Part shown: one piece after another, positions 1 to 14,097 of the stretch
How the letters are laid out: each line of letters begins with the position of its first letter
How positions within the stretch are numbered: the first letter of the stretch is position 1
Origin: Auanema rhodensis
Lineage: Eukaryota; Animalia; Nematoda
Direction of reading: 5' to 3'
Assembly (NCBI GenBank): GCA_964057225.1
Contig: OZ059898.1
Span: forward strand, 15,252,001-15,316,000
Length of the DNA stretch: 64,000 nucleotides
Program-made: the position numbers and the translations under genes
Notes under the pieces: model-generated
What the model was told of the DNA's origin: nothing
Seen by the model: the letters and a program-made list of their open reading frames with translations, nothing else
Database searches by the model: none

Positions 1-1361
1 CAGGTTTCAAGAGTATATTCGCTGAAATTCATGTAAAAAGCTTAATTTCAGGTTTCTGGCTTAGTTTCCTCATTCATTATCCTTAGTGTCATACTATTTC
101 TTGGTCCATTACTTGAATCACTACCAATGTGTATACTTAGTTGTATCGTAGTTGTAGCTTTACGATCACTTTTCCTTAAAATCACTGAAGTTCCTCGAAT
201 TTGGAAATTCTCAAAGTTGGATACTGTCATTTGGGTAACAACAGCTATAGCAACAATCTGCATGGACATCATTGAAGGATTAGTTTGTGGAATGATTGTT
301 GCCTTATTCCTTGTCATCATTCGAACTCAATGGTAAGAAGATTCTGAAGTATAGCTCATTCTATCATGATTATAGGCCATCACTTGATACTTTGGGTGAA
401 GTTAGTCCACGTGATTATCGAATAATCGATCGTTATACGGCTTCTAAAGCTCCTAATGCTACTGTACTTCGTTTCGAAGCTCCTCTTATCTTTACTAACG
501 TAGAAACTTTCAAGAGTGAAATTCGAAAAGCTGTCCAAGTTAATTCTTCCGGTTAGTTTTTCGAAGAAAAAGGTTTTCGTTCTTTTGTCTGAATAACAAC
601 CGTTTTTGGCGTTGGTTACAATTTGAAATACGTTTCTTCTCACGTAACACGTGGAATTTATACATATTCCACGTATTACGTGAGAAGATACATACAACTA
701 GCAGTTATTCTAATTAGCATACGTGAAATTATACGTGGAAATTCAAAAAAAGATGATAAATACCTGCTTATCATATAACAATTATGTATATTTAATATAA
801 TTATAGGATCACATCTTCCGGAAAAACAGTATATCAGTCGAGTTATCGTATTAGATTGTAGTTGTTGGGCTTACACAGATGCTATGGGTGTTGAAGCAGT
901 TAAAGAAGTAAGTAGATATACATATAGTTAGATTAGTATATACATGTATGATCAGAAAATACTAAAATTAGAAAAACAACCTTCATTAAGCGGATTTTCA
1001 TGTTTTTCTTATTTTTTTTTCAGATTCATGATGAAATGCTCAATAACAATATTCTTCTCATGTTTGCTGACTTAAGAAGTTATGTTCGGATACAGTATGC
1101 TAAAGCAGGATTGTTCAGCACAATGAACGAAGATCAGGTTTAGATTGAACTTTTTTTTGTTTTTTTTTACCTTGAAAAGTTGAAAATCAAACTTGTTTTT
1201 GTTTTTTTTTTCGATAATATTTGAAATATTTGATCATTTTATTTCAGTTCTATCCATCTGTACATGAAGCTTTATTGGCAGCTGCTTCACACTATCTAGC
1301 TGAACCAAATAAATACCGTAAACCATCAGCTGCAGCAGCAGCACCCTTTAATCCAGTTTAA
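1..1361 (+). CDS. SLC26/SulP sulfate permease family anion transporter, 3' part (last TM segments and STAS domain); 5' end lies outside the window
   Basis: Exons approx. 52-332, 376-551, 807-907, 1024-1137, 1248-1361 with GT-AG introns. Spliced protein: VSGLVSSFIILSVILFLGPLLESLPMCILSCIVVVAL...IIRTQWP...LRFEAPLIFTNVETFK...VIVLDCSCWAYTDAMGVEAVKE...QFYPSVHEAL. These are typical SLC26 TM and STAS motifs. The specific sulp paralogue cannot be assigned. Confidence 0.93.
634..687. repeat. Intronic inverted repeat (fold-back) built of ACGT units
   Basis: CTTCTCACGTAACACGTGGAAT-ttatacat-ATTCCACGTATTACGTGAGAAG: 22 bp arms with one mismatch. Confidence 0.85.
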
Positions 1362-2299
1362 TCTTACAACTTTAGCTTGCATTGATGTAAAAATTTAGTT
1401 CAAAATTTACTCAAAACCTAACCTATCGTAATGCTTGTAAATAGATTTGTGATTTGTAGTTATACGAACAAAAAAAACTAAAAAAACCAAAAAGAACTAA
1501 CATAATCGCTAATTCTCATTATCAACTTTGCCAGCATGTTATGGCATCATTTTTAATTTGTATACTTGTATATAGAGACTTTTAAACTATTTTTTAAAAA
1601 AACTATACATATATTCAGATACTTTATATGTGATTTGTTCTCCACTTTATCAGATTCACGGGTTTTTTTTTCTATGAGAATATTTCTCGTGTTTCTTCTA
1701 CTTTACTCCGCATTTTGTGAAACATTTTCTGGAATTTGTATTTGGTTATAAACATATATCTATATAATTAATTTTATAAAACAAAAAACAAAAAGGAAAA
1801 TAGAAATCTTTATTGCTTGTAATGAAAACGACAAAAAAAATGAACTAACAATCCAAAAGTAACTTCATTAACAACTTGGATAAAGTTGCTTAAATTTCCT
1901 ATTAAATAGCATAAATTACATATTTAATAGAAAATTTAATATATTATTTATTTATTTTTCAAAATCAAAATAATAAAAATAATAAAAATCAAAATAATAA
2001 TAAAACACAAAGAAAATTTGGCGAATAAAGTGACATCATGCATTATTATCAAAGATTATTCGAAAATTTGAAGATTAATACATACGGAAGTGAGATTGAT
2101 GGACATGTCCAATTCATTCATTGAACCATGAAATGAGCTAAAATCTAATTGAAAAAGTCCAATAAGACAGGATTTATCTAAGATTTTCCAGAAAAACTGC
2201 TTGTATTCATGGTAGCATCAGAAGACAAGAAAAGATAGGACGAGAAGAATATATGATTTGGACCGGCAAGAGCTGCAGAATTGAACATGTGACAGCTGA

Positions 2300-5200
2300 C
2301 TACCGACCACTGAATCCGTTTGTAGTAGATGCGGATGTGTTAACACCGAACAGATTGAACTTGGATAATGATTTTGGTAGAGCTGGTAGTGAGGTGGAGA
2401 GGAGTGATAATGAAGCGACAAAGCTTCGTGATGGACTCGTTGGGGTCGTTAGAGGCGTTGGAGCGGAAACCTTTGCAGATGGTGGAGCTCGAACTTGTCT
2501 GAAACAATGACGATGAAATTGCACGAATAAAGCTGTGATTCACATACCCTTGTCCCGGTTTGGAGCCTGGGAATGTAGGACCAGTTGCTGACATACTTCT
2601 CGGAGCTGGTGGAAGCTCTCCCATCTGCATACGTAGCAATTGCCGAAAGTCAAGAGCTGATGCTTGAGCTTCATGCTCCGTAAAGTCTTCAATATCGACC
2701 AATAACGAATCATGTTCCATATGAAGACTATCTCGATCAATCAGTAAATTCACTAATTCAACATTTTTTTCTGAAAAAAAGCAAAAGCTTAATTGAAATT
2801 GAGGAGTAACATGAACTCACGTGCAATGGCTGCTGCCATGGCGTCGTGAATCTTTTGAATTTGTATCCAAGACATTTTACTAAGATGTTGCCTGGATTGT
2901 CTTGGAACACTACTCGCTTTTGATTTTGTTCTGAAAATGAAGAATTAGAGTTTGATTTAACATCCAGCTTCACAGTACCTTCGATAATGCTCTAAAGCTT
3001 GCACAGCTTCGCTCTTAGCACTGTCTAATACACGCCTGGTTTCAGAAACCAAAAGTTTATGTCGTTCATCTGAAAAAAAAAAAAATTCAGATGATCCCTC
3101 AACTTTAGGCTAACGTTGATTTTTGAAAAATTGTCTTTGGCTATCTTCAATCAAAAAAAAAAACGTTTATCTTGGCTACTCTACTACGCTTTCAGAATCG
3201 TTCAAGCTTAGTTTTTTCGTTTTTAAAGTGTCTTTGTTGATGATGAGCTGGAGTGAATCACCCCTGGGGGATTAGTACCAAATCAGGGAGGTTAAGCATG
3301 TTCTCCGTTCAAGTATGCCCTCTAGCCCTCTAGCCATCAGCTGTCAGAAAGTGTATCAACCATTTAGAACGAAAACGTCCAAACGAACGAACGAGCAGGA
3401 TTACGTGGTTGGTCCGAAAAATGGCCATTCTGATTGATCTGAGGTCATTATCAAAGCTGACAAGCTTCTATGACAAATGACCTGAGGATATAAATTGAAA
3501 TGAATGTGCAACTAGATGATTCAAAAGAAATTTTATGAATCGTCTCTTATACCGTAATTTCATTTATTTTGAAAATTTAAAATTTAATGAAAATTTACTG
3601 TAAAAGGAAATTGAATGTATTTTCTAAAACTGAGTTAGATCAATGAATTTGCAATTTTTTTTTAGATTTCTCCTCTAAATTTGAGAACACTTTTCCTTCC
3701 ATTTATCTTTTTTATTTAAAAAAAAATAAAGGATATGTCATTCAAATGTGACCATAAACTGATCAATTTTCTCATTTTTTTTTGATAAAAAAATAATTTT
3801 TGAAGATATTATAAGAGTTTCTACTTCCGTTTCCTATTGAGAGTCAGGGGGTTGTACACTTCTCTGAACTTTCTTAGCACCATGGAAAAGAGAAAGTTCG
3901 TAATGTTGTTGGGTAATAAGCATAAGCTTTATACTCTTGTTTACATCATCATTTCAATTTGATGAAAATTAAAAATATATTTAAATGAACTTACAGCCAT
4001 CAAGTATGCGATCTTCTAAAGCTTTTTGTCTTAAGCGTTCCAGCTCAGGCGCCTCTTTTGAGGATCCAGGTCGACACGACTCTGAAATAACGAAACAAAT
4101 TGGTTTTGAGAAGAAATTTGTTTCAAACACACTTTTTAGACTTGGAGATGACTTAGTGGTTGAAAGGAATGTTTCATCATCATCATCTTCCTCATCATCG
4201 TCATAGTCATCGGCATCTGTGTCGGATGTGTCCTCTTCAGCAGTGCTTTCTGCTAATTCATTCATATAACACACCTGTAAAAATAACAAATTTAGAGAAA
4301 AAAAGATTGAAAATGATTTTGAGAAGTGAAAAATGCTGTAAAATGTAAAAATTCATGCCTGGAGATTCATTGCTGTTTGAAGCCGCATGGCTAGATTGGA
4401 TCTGTTGGGTCGAGTGTTGACTACTGGACAAGGACCACTAGCTGAATCGACCTGGAGAGCAAGACGACGACGAACCTTAAGAGAGTATAATATAGAAAAA
4501 TGAAATTTTTGCTCACAATACAGAATGAGATGAGTATATTGGAGCATGAAAGCTAGCATATTGAGCATGTTGAGCGAGGGAAAATTATTTTTTTGTCATT
4601 ATAGAACATTTTTTTCTGGCTAATGCGACGAATTTTAAGTAAATTATAAGTTTTCTGATTGAAAATTAAGGATTTTTTGAAAATTTTTGCATTAACGAAT
4701 ATTGAAAGAAAATAAAAAATAAGAAAATGTTAAGAAATTAATTGATTTTTTCACAATTATAATGAATTTTTCATGAAAAGCAGATGTTTTATATGAAATT
4801 CTCTATCCACATTTCATGTTAAAAGCCAAATAAATTGTGAATTTGTGGAAAAAAAAGCATAAGAAAAGTACAAAACAGCATGATGATGTTCTATTAACAT
4901 TTGAAATACATATGAAGAACACAACGAATACGACATCGTTAGACCTCATCAACATTATCGTGAATGTCCTTTTATGAACAAGTCATTCATCTCGACTTTC
5001 ATAGCTTTCTCTCTCTCTCTCTCTTTTCCTTTCTATTCATCTTCTCTCTTAGAAAATAGTAAAAAGGAGTAGAGGATTGATGTAGAGAAAGTGAAAGATG
5101 AAGATAAGAAGTTGCAAAACTTCCTCTTATGAGGATATATGTGTGCATGTTGCTCACCAATATTCGTAGTAGCAACAGCCCAGTGAGAACAACCTTTGGT

Positions 5201-5701
5201 AGCTTATGAATGATCATTAGATTTCATTTGATGGGAGAAGTCAGTTGAATACTGCTTCTTCATCTTCTCTATTTTCTTAACAAAATTCAGAATCCTGACG
5301 TCCTTAATCAAATTTTGATTTGCCTTGCAAAGTACAGCAAAAAACTGGGAAAAGTTGAAGGCAACGAGTTGATTCATTGATATGGAATGTGTCTACTAGT
5401 TGTTTCTTTCAAATATTTCTAGTTTTCAATCTTATTTTTTTCTAAAAAATATACGAATTAGGACAAAATATCTGAGAAAAGGCTTCAACAGGGACTGGAT
5501 TGCCATAGACAAACATGCTCATAAACAACCCTGAATGACCATTTCGTTTAAAGGTTAATGCTAGGAGCTACTTGTCTCAGTTCTTCATTTCAATTTGAAA
5601 CAATAACGAAAAACCTTTGTTGATCTTGAAGCTGAATCAAGAAATTTTGGATGAAAAGTACTGTTTGAAGAGGAAAACAGTTTGTAAAGACAATACGATT
5701 C

Positions 5702-5740
<39 letters not shown>

Positions 5741-6733
5741 TTGGATATTCTCTCTTGATATTCTTAAAGGTATATACTTCCTTCTATTACAAATATATCT
5801 ATAATCAAAGATTATCTGAACTTTTATGAATAAATAAAAGTAAAATTATGCCAGATGAATTAGGAGAAAGCCAGGAGACTCAACGATATATAATCAGCTG
5901 TCTAAACTCGAACTCTATAGAATCAGAAGTCAACGACGTATTGTCGTAAGTATTTATCTTCCAAACTATTATGATTGGAATTCTCAAATGCACACGTAGT
6001 TAAGAAGAATTATTCAGAAATTTCATAAGTAATGCATCAGAAGGAGAAATGTTCATCCTCTCACCCTACCATCTGATTCTGAAATCGCTTAAAGTCTCAC
6101 GGACCATAAGAATAGAATCTTGAAGCGAACATTCACCACGAGCAAAGATTGATAGTCGTAAGAACTTTATATATAATACTGTAGCTGTCTTCTATGCTTC
6201 AGATGACTAATTGACGCATTTTACGTCAAGATAGCAGTCCATGATGTATGTCCGTGCTGACGCCGTGAGCGTATGCTTCGGACAGGCATCAGATGTGACC
6301 ATTTTTCTTTGTCCGTTACGACATTTTTGACTCACATTCAGACGTCCTTCTTGAAAAAAAATTCAAAGAAATCTATGGCGATTAGCTTATCTGTTGCTGA
6401 CATCTGTTAGTATAATCTTTCTTATTTGATAGATGTCAAGACCAACTTGTAAAACTTTTTTTCGAAACAAAAGCATTGAAACTTGAACTTTCACGCATTC
6501 AGTCCCTTGCTTTGCAAGCTTATTTATGTAATTTTTAGTTCCGATTGAAGAGGACATCACTGAAGCACGTAGATGAGGATGAAACGACAGAAGGTTTGAC
6601 GAAGACGGTTCGCTTGGGTAAACTAAAGTTTAAGTTGCGAACCAAAGCGGATTGTTGATCTTCTTCCTCATGTACATCGTCCACCATATAACTTGTGCCG
6701 ATAAGTAGACTCGCACTCCCCCTCCTCTCTCTC

Positions 6734-6780
<47 letters not shown>

Positions 6781-8318
6781 TCTCTCTATCAAATTATCTT
6801 CTTCTTCTACCTCAGCCTTGTTCTTTTACTTTTTCTTATTTTTCGGCTCTAACATTAGTTATAACCATAAGTGTTTGAGTAAATAAATGGAAATTGATGA
6901 TGTACCCCTCTCGCTCCTTACAACTTCTCCCTATCTTCCTAACTTAATGATGAGAAGGTAGAACTGTGCGAAAATCTTCGTAACAACATTTCCAAACAGA
7001 AAATTACTACAAAACTTGTACAATTTGTAAAAAAAAACTATTTTCAATAGAAAAAAAGCAACTGATAATAGAAGAGAAACATACAATAGACATCCTGCCG
7101 TTTCATTCGTCATCTTCGTGAGCTATAGCTCATCCTTAGTTTAAGCACACGACAACATTTTCACAACTTTTTGATTAATATCTCTTATACTTTCTTTTTT
7201 TCCAACAAGTTTTTGCAAGAAATGCTTGTCCATCCCTCTCGTATATCTTAGTGATTTGAGCATGCACACATACACATACACACAAATACATATGTAGATG
7301 AAATAATGTTGAAGAGGAAGAAAATAAAAAGAAAAAAAGACGAAGAAGAAGAAGAAGTATATATCCTTTTTCATGGAATAAAGAACCGCTGCACCAATCT
7401 CAGTCAAAATATAGCCCCGAGGGCATTATGTCACATACTCTCATTCACTCACAGGAGCAGAAAAACTTGTTTCCTCATGCTCTCTCATTTCTATTCTTCT
7501 TCCGGTTATAATATTTTTTTCTATTCTGAATGGAAAAAAAAACAAAAAAAAACGAAGCAAACTGCAGTTTCAATATCAAGAAAATATATTTTTTTGGATT
7601 GAAAGCAACATGATAGTAATTCAAACTATGACCCCCTCCTTCTCCTCCTTTTCTCTCGCTCTTCAGATACTATAACTACATACTACCGTGTATTTGATTG
7701 TTTTGATTACTATTCTCCTCTTTTGAATTTAAAAAAAAAGTTGGCAAAAACATGAAAAATATGGAAAAATGCTGTAAAAAGGTTACAAAGTCAGCGATAA
7801 AATTTACAAGTAGAATACAAAAAGAGAGAGAGAAAGAGAGGGAGAGAGAGAGAGAGGGAGAACATAAAAAACAAATGATATGTGTGGTAGCTGTCGCCAA
7901 TATAAGCGTACAAGCCAGAAAGTGGGTTATATACATGAATTCTTGACCACCGTGTGGCTCATAAATCATCAAGAAGGCTCATTACTTGTGAACATCTCTC
8001 TTCATAAATAGCTTGTATGTATGTCATTTACGAAGCATATACAAGCTTTAGATGATAGAGAGCTTATGAAGAGCTTGACGACAAGCATTCATTCCAGTCA
8101 TATTTCTATTTTAGAGAGTCAAATATAACTTCTTTTTTTCAATTTGTAACCTTATCTTATCTAATTGGTAGTCAATTTTCAGTTTTTTTTCATCATTTGC
8201 ATGGAAACATAAGAGAGACGGGAAATGAGAGAGAAAGAGAAGAGGGGGTGGAAATAAAGGTTGACTAAACATTATCCATAATAATGAAAGATATTATATG
8301 AACTTTGTCAACCTTTAT

Positions 8319-8417
<99 letters not shown>

Positions 8418-10915
8418 TAGATCAACGCTCAAAGATATTATTGAAAATAAACGAAAGAATACTCTCTCAATTCTCAAAATTTCTCTCTTCAATCACCTGG
8501 TTAATAATTTTCACAGTATTTATACACTTTGATGAATATATATATATATTATAATTAACATAAAGATTTGAACTTTTTCTTCAAAATAAATCATTCTCAA
8601 TGACAACTTAATTCTCAAGTTGTTGATGCTCTTGAATAAGTTTTAGAAAAATGTTAGAAACATTGTCAAACGGAGCATTATTTGAAAATCAACTCAAGCT
8701 TGATATGATTGACAAACTATTTGGTGTAAATTCTTTTGTGTTTGATTCAGCTCATTCAATATATCTTCTGATTAAGACACTAACCTCTTCTCCCAATAGT
8801 CGACGTTCTTGATCTTCACGTTCACGAGCAGCTTTCTTCAGTTGTTCTTCAAGCTTATCAAAGTCCAATTCTGGCAATCCTGAAATTAGGGAAAATCAGC
8901 AAAAGAAACTCGAAATAGATGATTTGAAAATGAAAATGTTTTAATATATTTCTATATATAGTTATCTTTCAACATGTATTCTCTTTCAATTCTAAAATAA
9001 ATTGAAAAAACAACAAAACTCTGAAATTAGATGATGAAATGGACAAGTTTTTGATACATTCATGTTCAACTTAGGAGCATTAAGCTGAACACATTGGTAA
9101 AGAACAAAGCCAATAGGCGATGATGATGATGATGATTCGTTTTTTCCATTTTTTCCTGTTCTTCTGTTATTACAAACCAAAATCATCTCTCATTCACTCT
9201 ATTTAGTCCACTTGATTAGCTTCTTAACCACAATTTGTCGATGAACCAGACAAATTTCTTCTTCATTTTCAATTTCAAAAAAGATTTTAAAATGAATTTC
9301 ATGTCATTTTGAGGATTTTTTTTCATTTTTTGGGATAAAATGCAACTTTTTTCAATTAGACAAGTCTTTTTGACATATGTAGTAAGTTTTAGTTATCTCT
9401 TAGTACACTACCTTCAAAAACCTTATTTAATCTCTTGTGCTCTCTTTTAAATTCAATTTTCCCTCTTCTCTTCACTTTCTTTTTAGAAATTTTCGTTTCA
9501 AAACCAAAATGTTATTATTCGTATTCATCATCTTATTCTAAAGAGGATATGTATAGAAGTGATGAATGAATAGACGTTAAGAGAAACAAGGAAGAGTCAT
9601 GGATTGAAGGTTGTAGATAGAAGCTTGACGAAGTTAAAATTCTCATAGAAGGTCATTCAACTGTGAATTGAAGCTTTTACTTTCTGCTTCCTCTCTCTCT
9701 CTCTCTCCCTCTTTTCAATGTTTTTGGACAACACAAGCATAAACGTGTTCAAAAGAATTTTCGAATTGTCATTTCGGAATGAAAGCTAATAGCCACTCAG
9801 TCTTACGGAGCTTTTCAATAAAAATATATTTTCATCATAAAGCTTCCAACGACTAAACCTTAATATTCTCTATATTTGTCATATTTCTTCTATAATTTTA
9901 CGTTTTTTCGACAGTAGGACCGGCTGGAAATGAATGAAAACTAACCAGTATCCAGATTGCTCAGTTCTCTGCTGATGCTTTCGCGTACAGATGCTTTGGA
10001 TGCTGACGTGCATGATGTACTGATGCTTTGTAATCCAGAATAGGTAGATGAAGGAGACATCAGAAGTTCTGGATGAATGCGACGAAGACAATCTCCTAAT
10101 AGTTCATCGTCGTCGTCTTCCTCATCCAAATCTTCAATGTTTGATGATTTCTGTTCCGGAGCTAGACTAGTTGACCAATTAACATTTGGTGCAGTGGATT
10201 CTGATGTCGTGAAGAAAGAACATCCATTACGAGCTGAAAAAAGAAATATCGGATAATGACCATCTGAAGGGCATGACATCACGCACCTTCTCGTAATGGA
10301 CTTGTTTCAGGGGTTAAATCGCTTTCACGAGCGCTACATGTTGAAGACATTTCGAAAGAGTCCTCAGAGCATGAAGTTGAACCTGATCCCAAATCATCGT
10401 CATCATCATCACTTTCCACATTATTGGAACCCACGCCAACTACAAGCATTTGATGAAGAATCATGTGTATGGCTACAACGTTACCTTCATGATCTAACGA
10501 TGTCAGTGATTCCAAGCTGGAACTATTGGACATCTGTTGAGTTTCATCATCAGTTGATTTTAACTTCAAAAATCGAACAACATCGATAGCATTATTATTA
10601 TTTTGAGCATTTTCATCATTGTTATTGTTGTGTTCTGCTAATAAAAAGCTTGATAAAGCTGATGACGTCTTTGAATAGGCTGAATCTATTGTAGATATAC
10701 CGCTATCAGATCTGAATCAGAAGAAGCCGTTAGGGTGAATACTAAGGAAGAGCTGGTATTTACCTGTGTGAGCTGAAGTTTGTATGATTCATAAGATCAT
10801 CATCTGATTCTTGAGATAGCTGCAACCTTGTAACATCTATGGAGTCACAAAAGTCACGACCATCATGCTGATGTGACCCAGAAGTATCAGATGATACAAC
10901 TGTTGCACTCGACAT
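2300..10915 (-). CDS. SCHIP1: Schwannomin-interacting protein 1 (SCHIP-1) homologue, multi-exon, with a long Ser/acidic N-terminus
   Basis: Spliced exons give GLPELDFDKLEEQLKKAAR...EE (8.78-8.88 kb), VRRRLAL...LAMRLQTAMNLQ|VCYMNE (4.48-4.0 kb), YERHKLLVSETRRVLDSAK (3.07 kb) and IQIQKIHDAM...KNVELVNLLIDRDSLHMEHDSLLVDIEDFT (2.9-2.7 kb). This matches the SCHIP-1 signatures MNLQICFVN and [25 protein letters not shown]. N-terminal exons at 9.95-10.95 kb splice in frame. Start (ATG 10915) and last exon (stop 2300, or a further exon to ~2180-2220) are uncertain. Confidence 0.85.
8323..8418. repeat. (GA)n microsatellite (representative of dozens in the window)
   Basis: Near-perfect GA dinucleotide run. 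Confidence 0.97.
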
Positions 10916-12643
10916 ATCGACGGCAGAAAACCGTCTAGTCAAGCTTCTGAATTTCTGCAATATGAAAAGATTTAATTGAACTATACACATGCTATGAAAA
11001 CGAGAGAGAGAGAGAGAGAGAGATAGAGAGAAAAGATAATATAAGATAAAATGAAGATATAGAAGTGAAGGAAGAAAACATGAAAACAGGGAGTTAAATA
11101 GAATAGCAAGACGATTTGTGCTGTAAGAATTGCCAATTGATTTGAGAAAAATATGAGAAAAGTCAATAGTAAGAAGTAGTTTGAGAATAAGCTGGAGCTG
11201 CATAAAACCTGAGTGATGGACATGTGCAGAAGAAAATGTCTATCCATTGATTATAATGCTCAAAAGAGAATTTAATGGAGATAATGTGTGCTACGAAGAC
11301 AAAACTGCACAATGATGCTGCTTTCAACAGCATTTTTTTTGCGCTCAAACCCAGTCTGTTGTTAGGCTTCACATATGTTTCGGAACGGCAAAAAGAAGGA
11401 TGATTAAACAATAAAAGCTTCACAAGTAACATCTCTCAAGTTCAGATTCAACTAAATAGAAAAATAAATTGAAAAAAATTATATGTACGATCCCTTATAC
11501 ACACTTATTCGCAAGAAAATCCTCGAAGAACATTCAGAAATGAACAAAGTAATGGTTAGGGAGAGAGAGAGAGTGAAATAAGATAAGAGACAGTGAGAGA
11601 AAACAAGATGAAAGGTAAAAATTGCTTGAAATAGTCGCATGAATTGAAAGATGAAACTACGGAAATTGAGCAAATTCGATTTGAAAAAAGCTGAGGCATA
11701 GCTTGAAGTATTCAAGATCCGAATCTGACAGCCTATCGGATGAAAAAAAAGCTGAAATTATATTGAAAACTACTAATGTTCGGAGTCAGGATTAGGCAGA
11801 AACAGCTGCGTGCTGCCATTGAAGCAGTAGTGCTCTTTGCCCGCTCATCACAAACCATCTCACAACTCTGCCTCCCCCAAGCCTCCCTCTCATTTCATTA
11901 TTCAACAACCTTTTTGCTAGTAACTAGACAAGCTCTAATAGGAGAATCTGTAGCATTTTGATTGAATTTGATGTAATATATGACATCATAAGAGAATAAA
12001 ATGTTTTTTTATCATATAAATAAGGTTTCATTATCATATTATATGATATAGTTAGCATATGGCTTGCCATCAATTAGCTATAGAAGCATATACATACCCT
12101 ACTATTCAAATCTGCTGTTGGTTTTGAAGTTCTAATGTAGTTCTTCATTAGACTTGTGATATCCACAGGTATACACACAATACTCTATCTTTCACAAATC
12201 ATTCTTATCCCTTCTATGCTGTTCCCTCTCTCTCTCTTTCTCTTTCTCTTTCTCTCTCTCTCACTCTCTCTCTTCCTCTCTCTTTGAATCTTTGCTCACA
12301 AGAACCGCATTTCTTTGTCTTTTTCTATATTATATTAAGTAAGTATAAGCTGAAGACAACGACAGCTAAAGCCATGAAATAACAAGAGCAGGTTCGCAGT
12401 GGAATCAGATTCCCTCCCGTCCTTCCCTTGCTTTTCTTTGCAGACTGCAGCAAAACTCGTGTGTGGACGAGCAAAAATATTTTTCACCTCTGGGTATAGT
12501 CTGACTTCATTTTTGCCCCAAAGGACTATAAATTCAAATAACTTTGTGTTGGCGGAACTCTGCCAAAAGTTCACAAAAAAGTTTCAACCATGCTTTAAAT
12601 CTTCGTAGACTATGCAATAAGGAAGCGAAAGCAAAGAGAGAGG

Positions 12644-12688
<45 letters not shown>

Positions 12689-13292
12689 TGAAAGAGAGGG
12701 TGATAATGATCATTGGTTGCTACTACTGCTACAGGTTCACGACTGATAGTACATGAAGGCAGATAGAAGAGAAGAGGGAGTGAGAGAGAGAGAGAGAAAT
12801 GAAATAGTCTATAACAGGTAAGAAAAGAAAGAAAAATGCATAAAAAGAATATTAACTATAGCATATCAAGGTTGAATGAGCTTTCTTAGAAAATAATCTA
12901 TGAAGTGAAATAGAGTGTAAAGTTAGTTTTTATGATAAATTGAAAGAGTTTTTTCTTTTCTTTTAAAATAATAAATATTAACTTAATATATAAAAATATT
13001 ATAAAATTGAATAATTGAATAGAAAATGAAGTTCATCATATGAATGAGATTTTGAAAAAAAAGTGACAAAAGATAAAGAAGAAGGAACAAAAACTTTTTT
13101 TTTCTTTCTCTCTCTCTCTCTATGTGTTTTTCTTTTCTCTCGCTGTCTATCTCTATCTCTCTGAACAAGAGAGGGAATGTCATTGGTCAACCCTTTTGCA
13201 CAGTCATGTTTTATAATAAAAAACAGCTAACAATATGCATAAATATGTCATAGTATAGATTATGTATGTTTTTATTCTATTTTGCAATCTTT

Positions 13293-13298
13293 TCTCTC

Positions 13299-13360
<62 letters not shown>
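13293..13360. repeat. (CT)n microsatellite
   Basis: Near-perfect CT run. Confidence 0.97.
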
Positions 13361-13364
<4 letters not shown>

Positions 13365-14052
13365 TCTAATTTTTGATTTTTTCATTTCAACATTCAATTA
13401 AATCATAAATATTTGGATTATTTATATGTCTTATATGATAAAACAATTAATAGGATTATAAATGAATTTAAACATTCGAATTGCCTTTTCCCGCGTCCTT
13501 TCCCACGTAAAATTTCACGTGAAATGGTATTTCAAGTAAATGAAGTGGCTAACGTGTATCTCATTTCATATCAAAAAGGTAGATGTAGAACGGTTGATCT
13601 CTCTCTCTCTCTATCTCTCTCTATCACCTCTCTCTAGAATAATCTCATATATCTGCCTCGTGTTAGTCTAGTTTATTTTTAGAGTATATACGCAATATAT
13701 ATATATAGGTTTTTTATGTTATATTACCTAAAACAAGCTTTGTATATCCTAGATCAGCATATGTACTGCTATTACTACATAACCAACCACCCCGTCTGAA
13801 ACCCAGGAACACCGAGACATACATATACGGACATCGGAAGCCATCTCACGCGATTATGGAGGAAAGACGAAAAATTAATTAATAGTCAAATGTCGTATCC
13901 ATTTCACCGGACGGACACACACACACACACACACATACACATACACTATAGACAGGATGGCTATCCCCTCCCTCGCAATGTCATTTAACATTTGTCTTTT
14001 CTCTCAACTTTATTCATTCATATAGTCTCTCTCTGTATCTCTCCCTCTGTCC

Positions 14053-14097
<45 letters not shown>

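Noticed and set aside
2253-2510. Plus-strand 85-aa ORF
   Set aside because: Antisense shadow of a SCHIP-1 3' exon.
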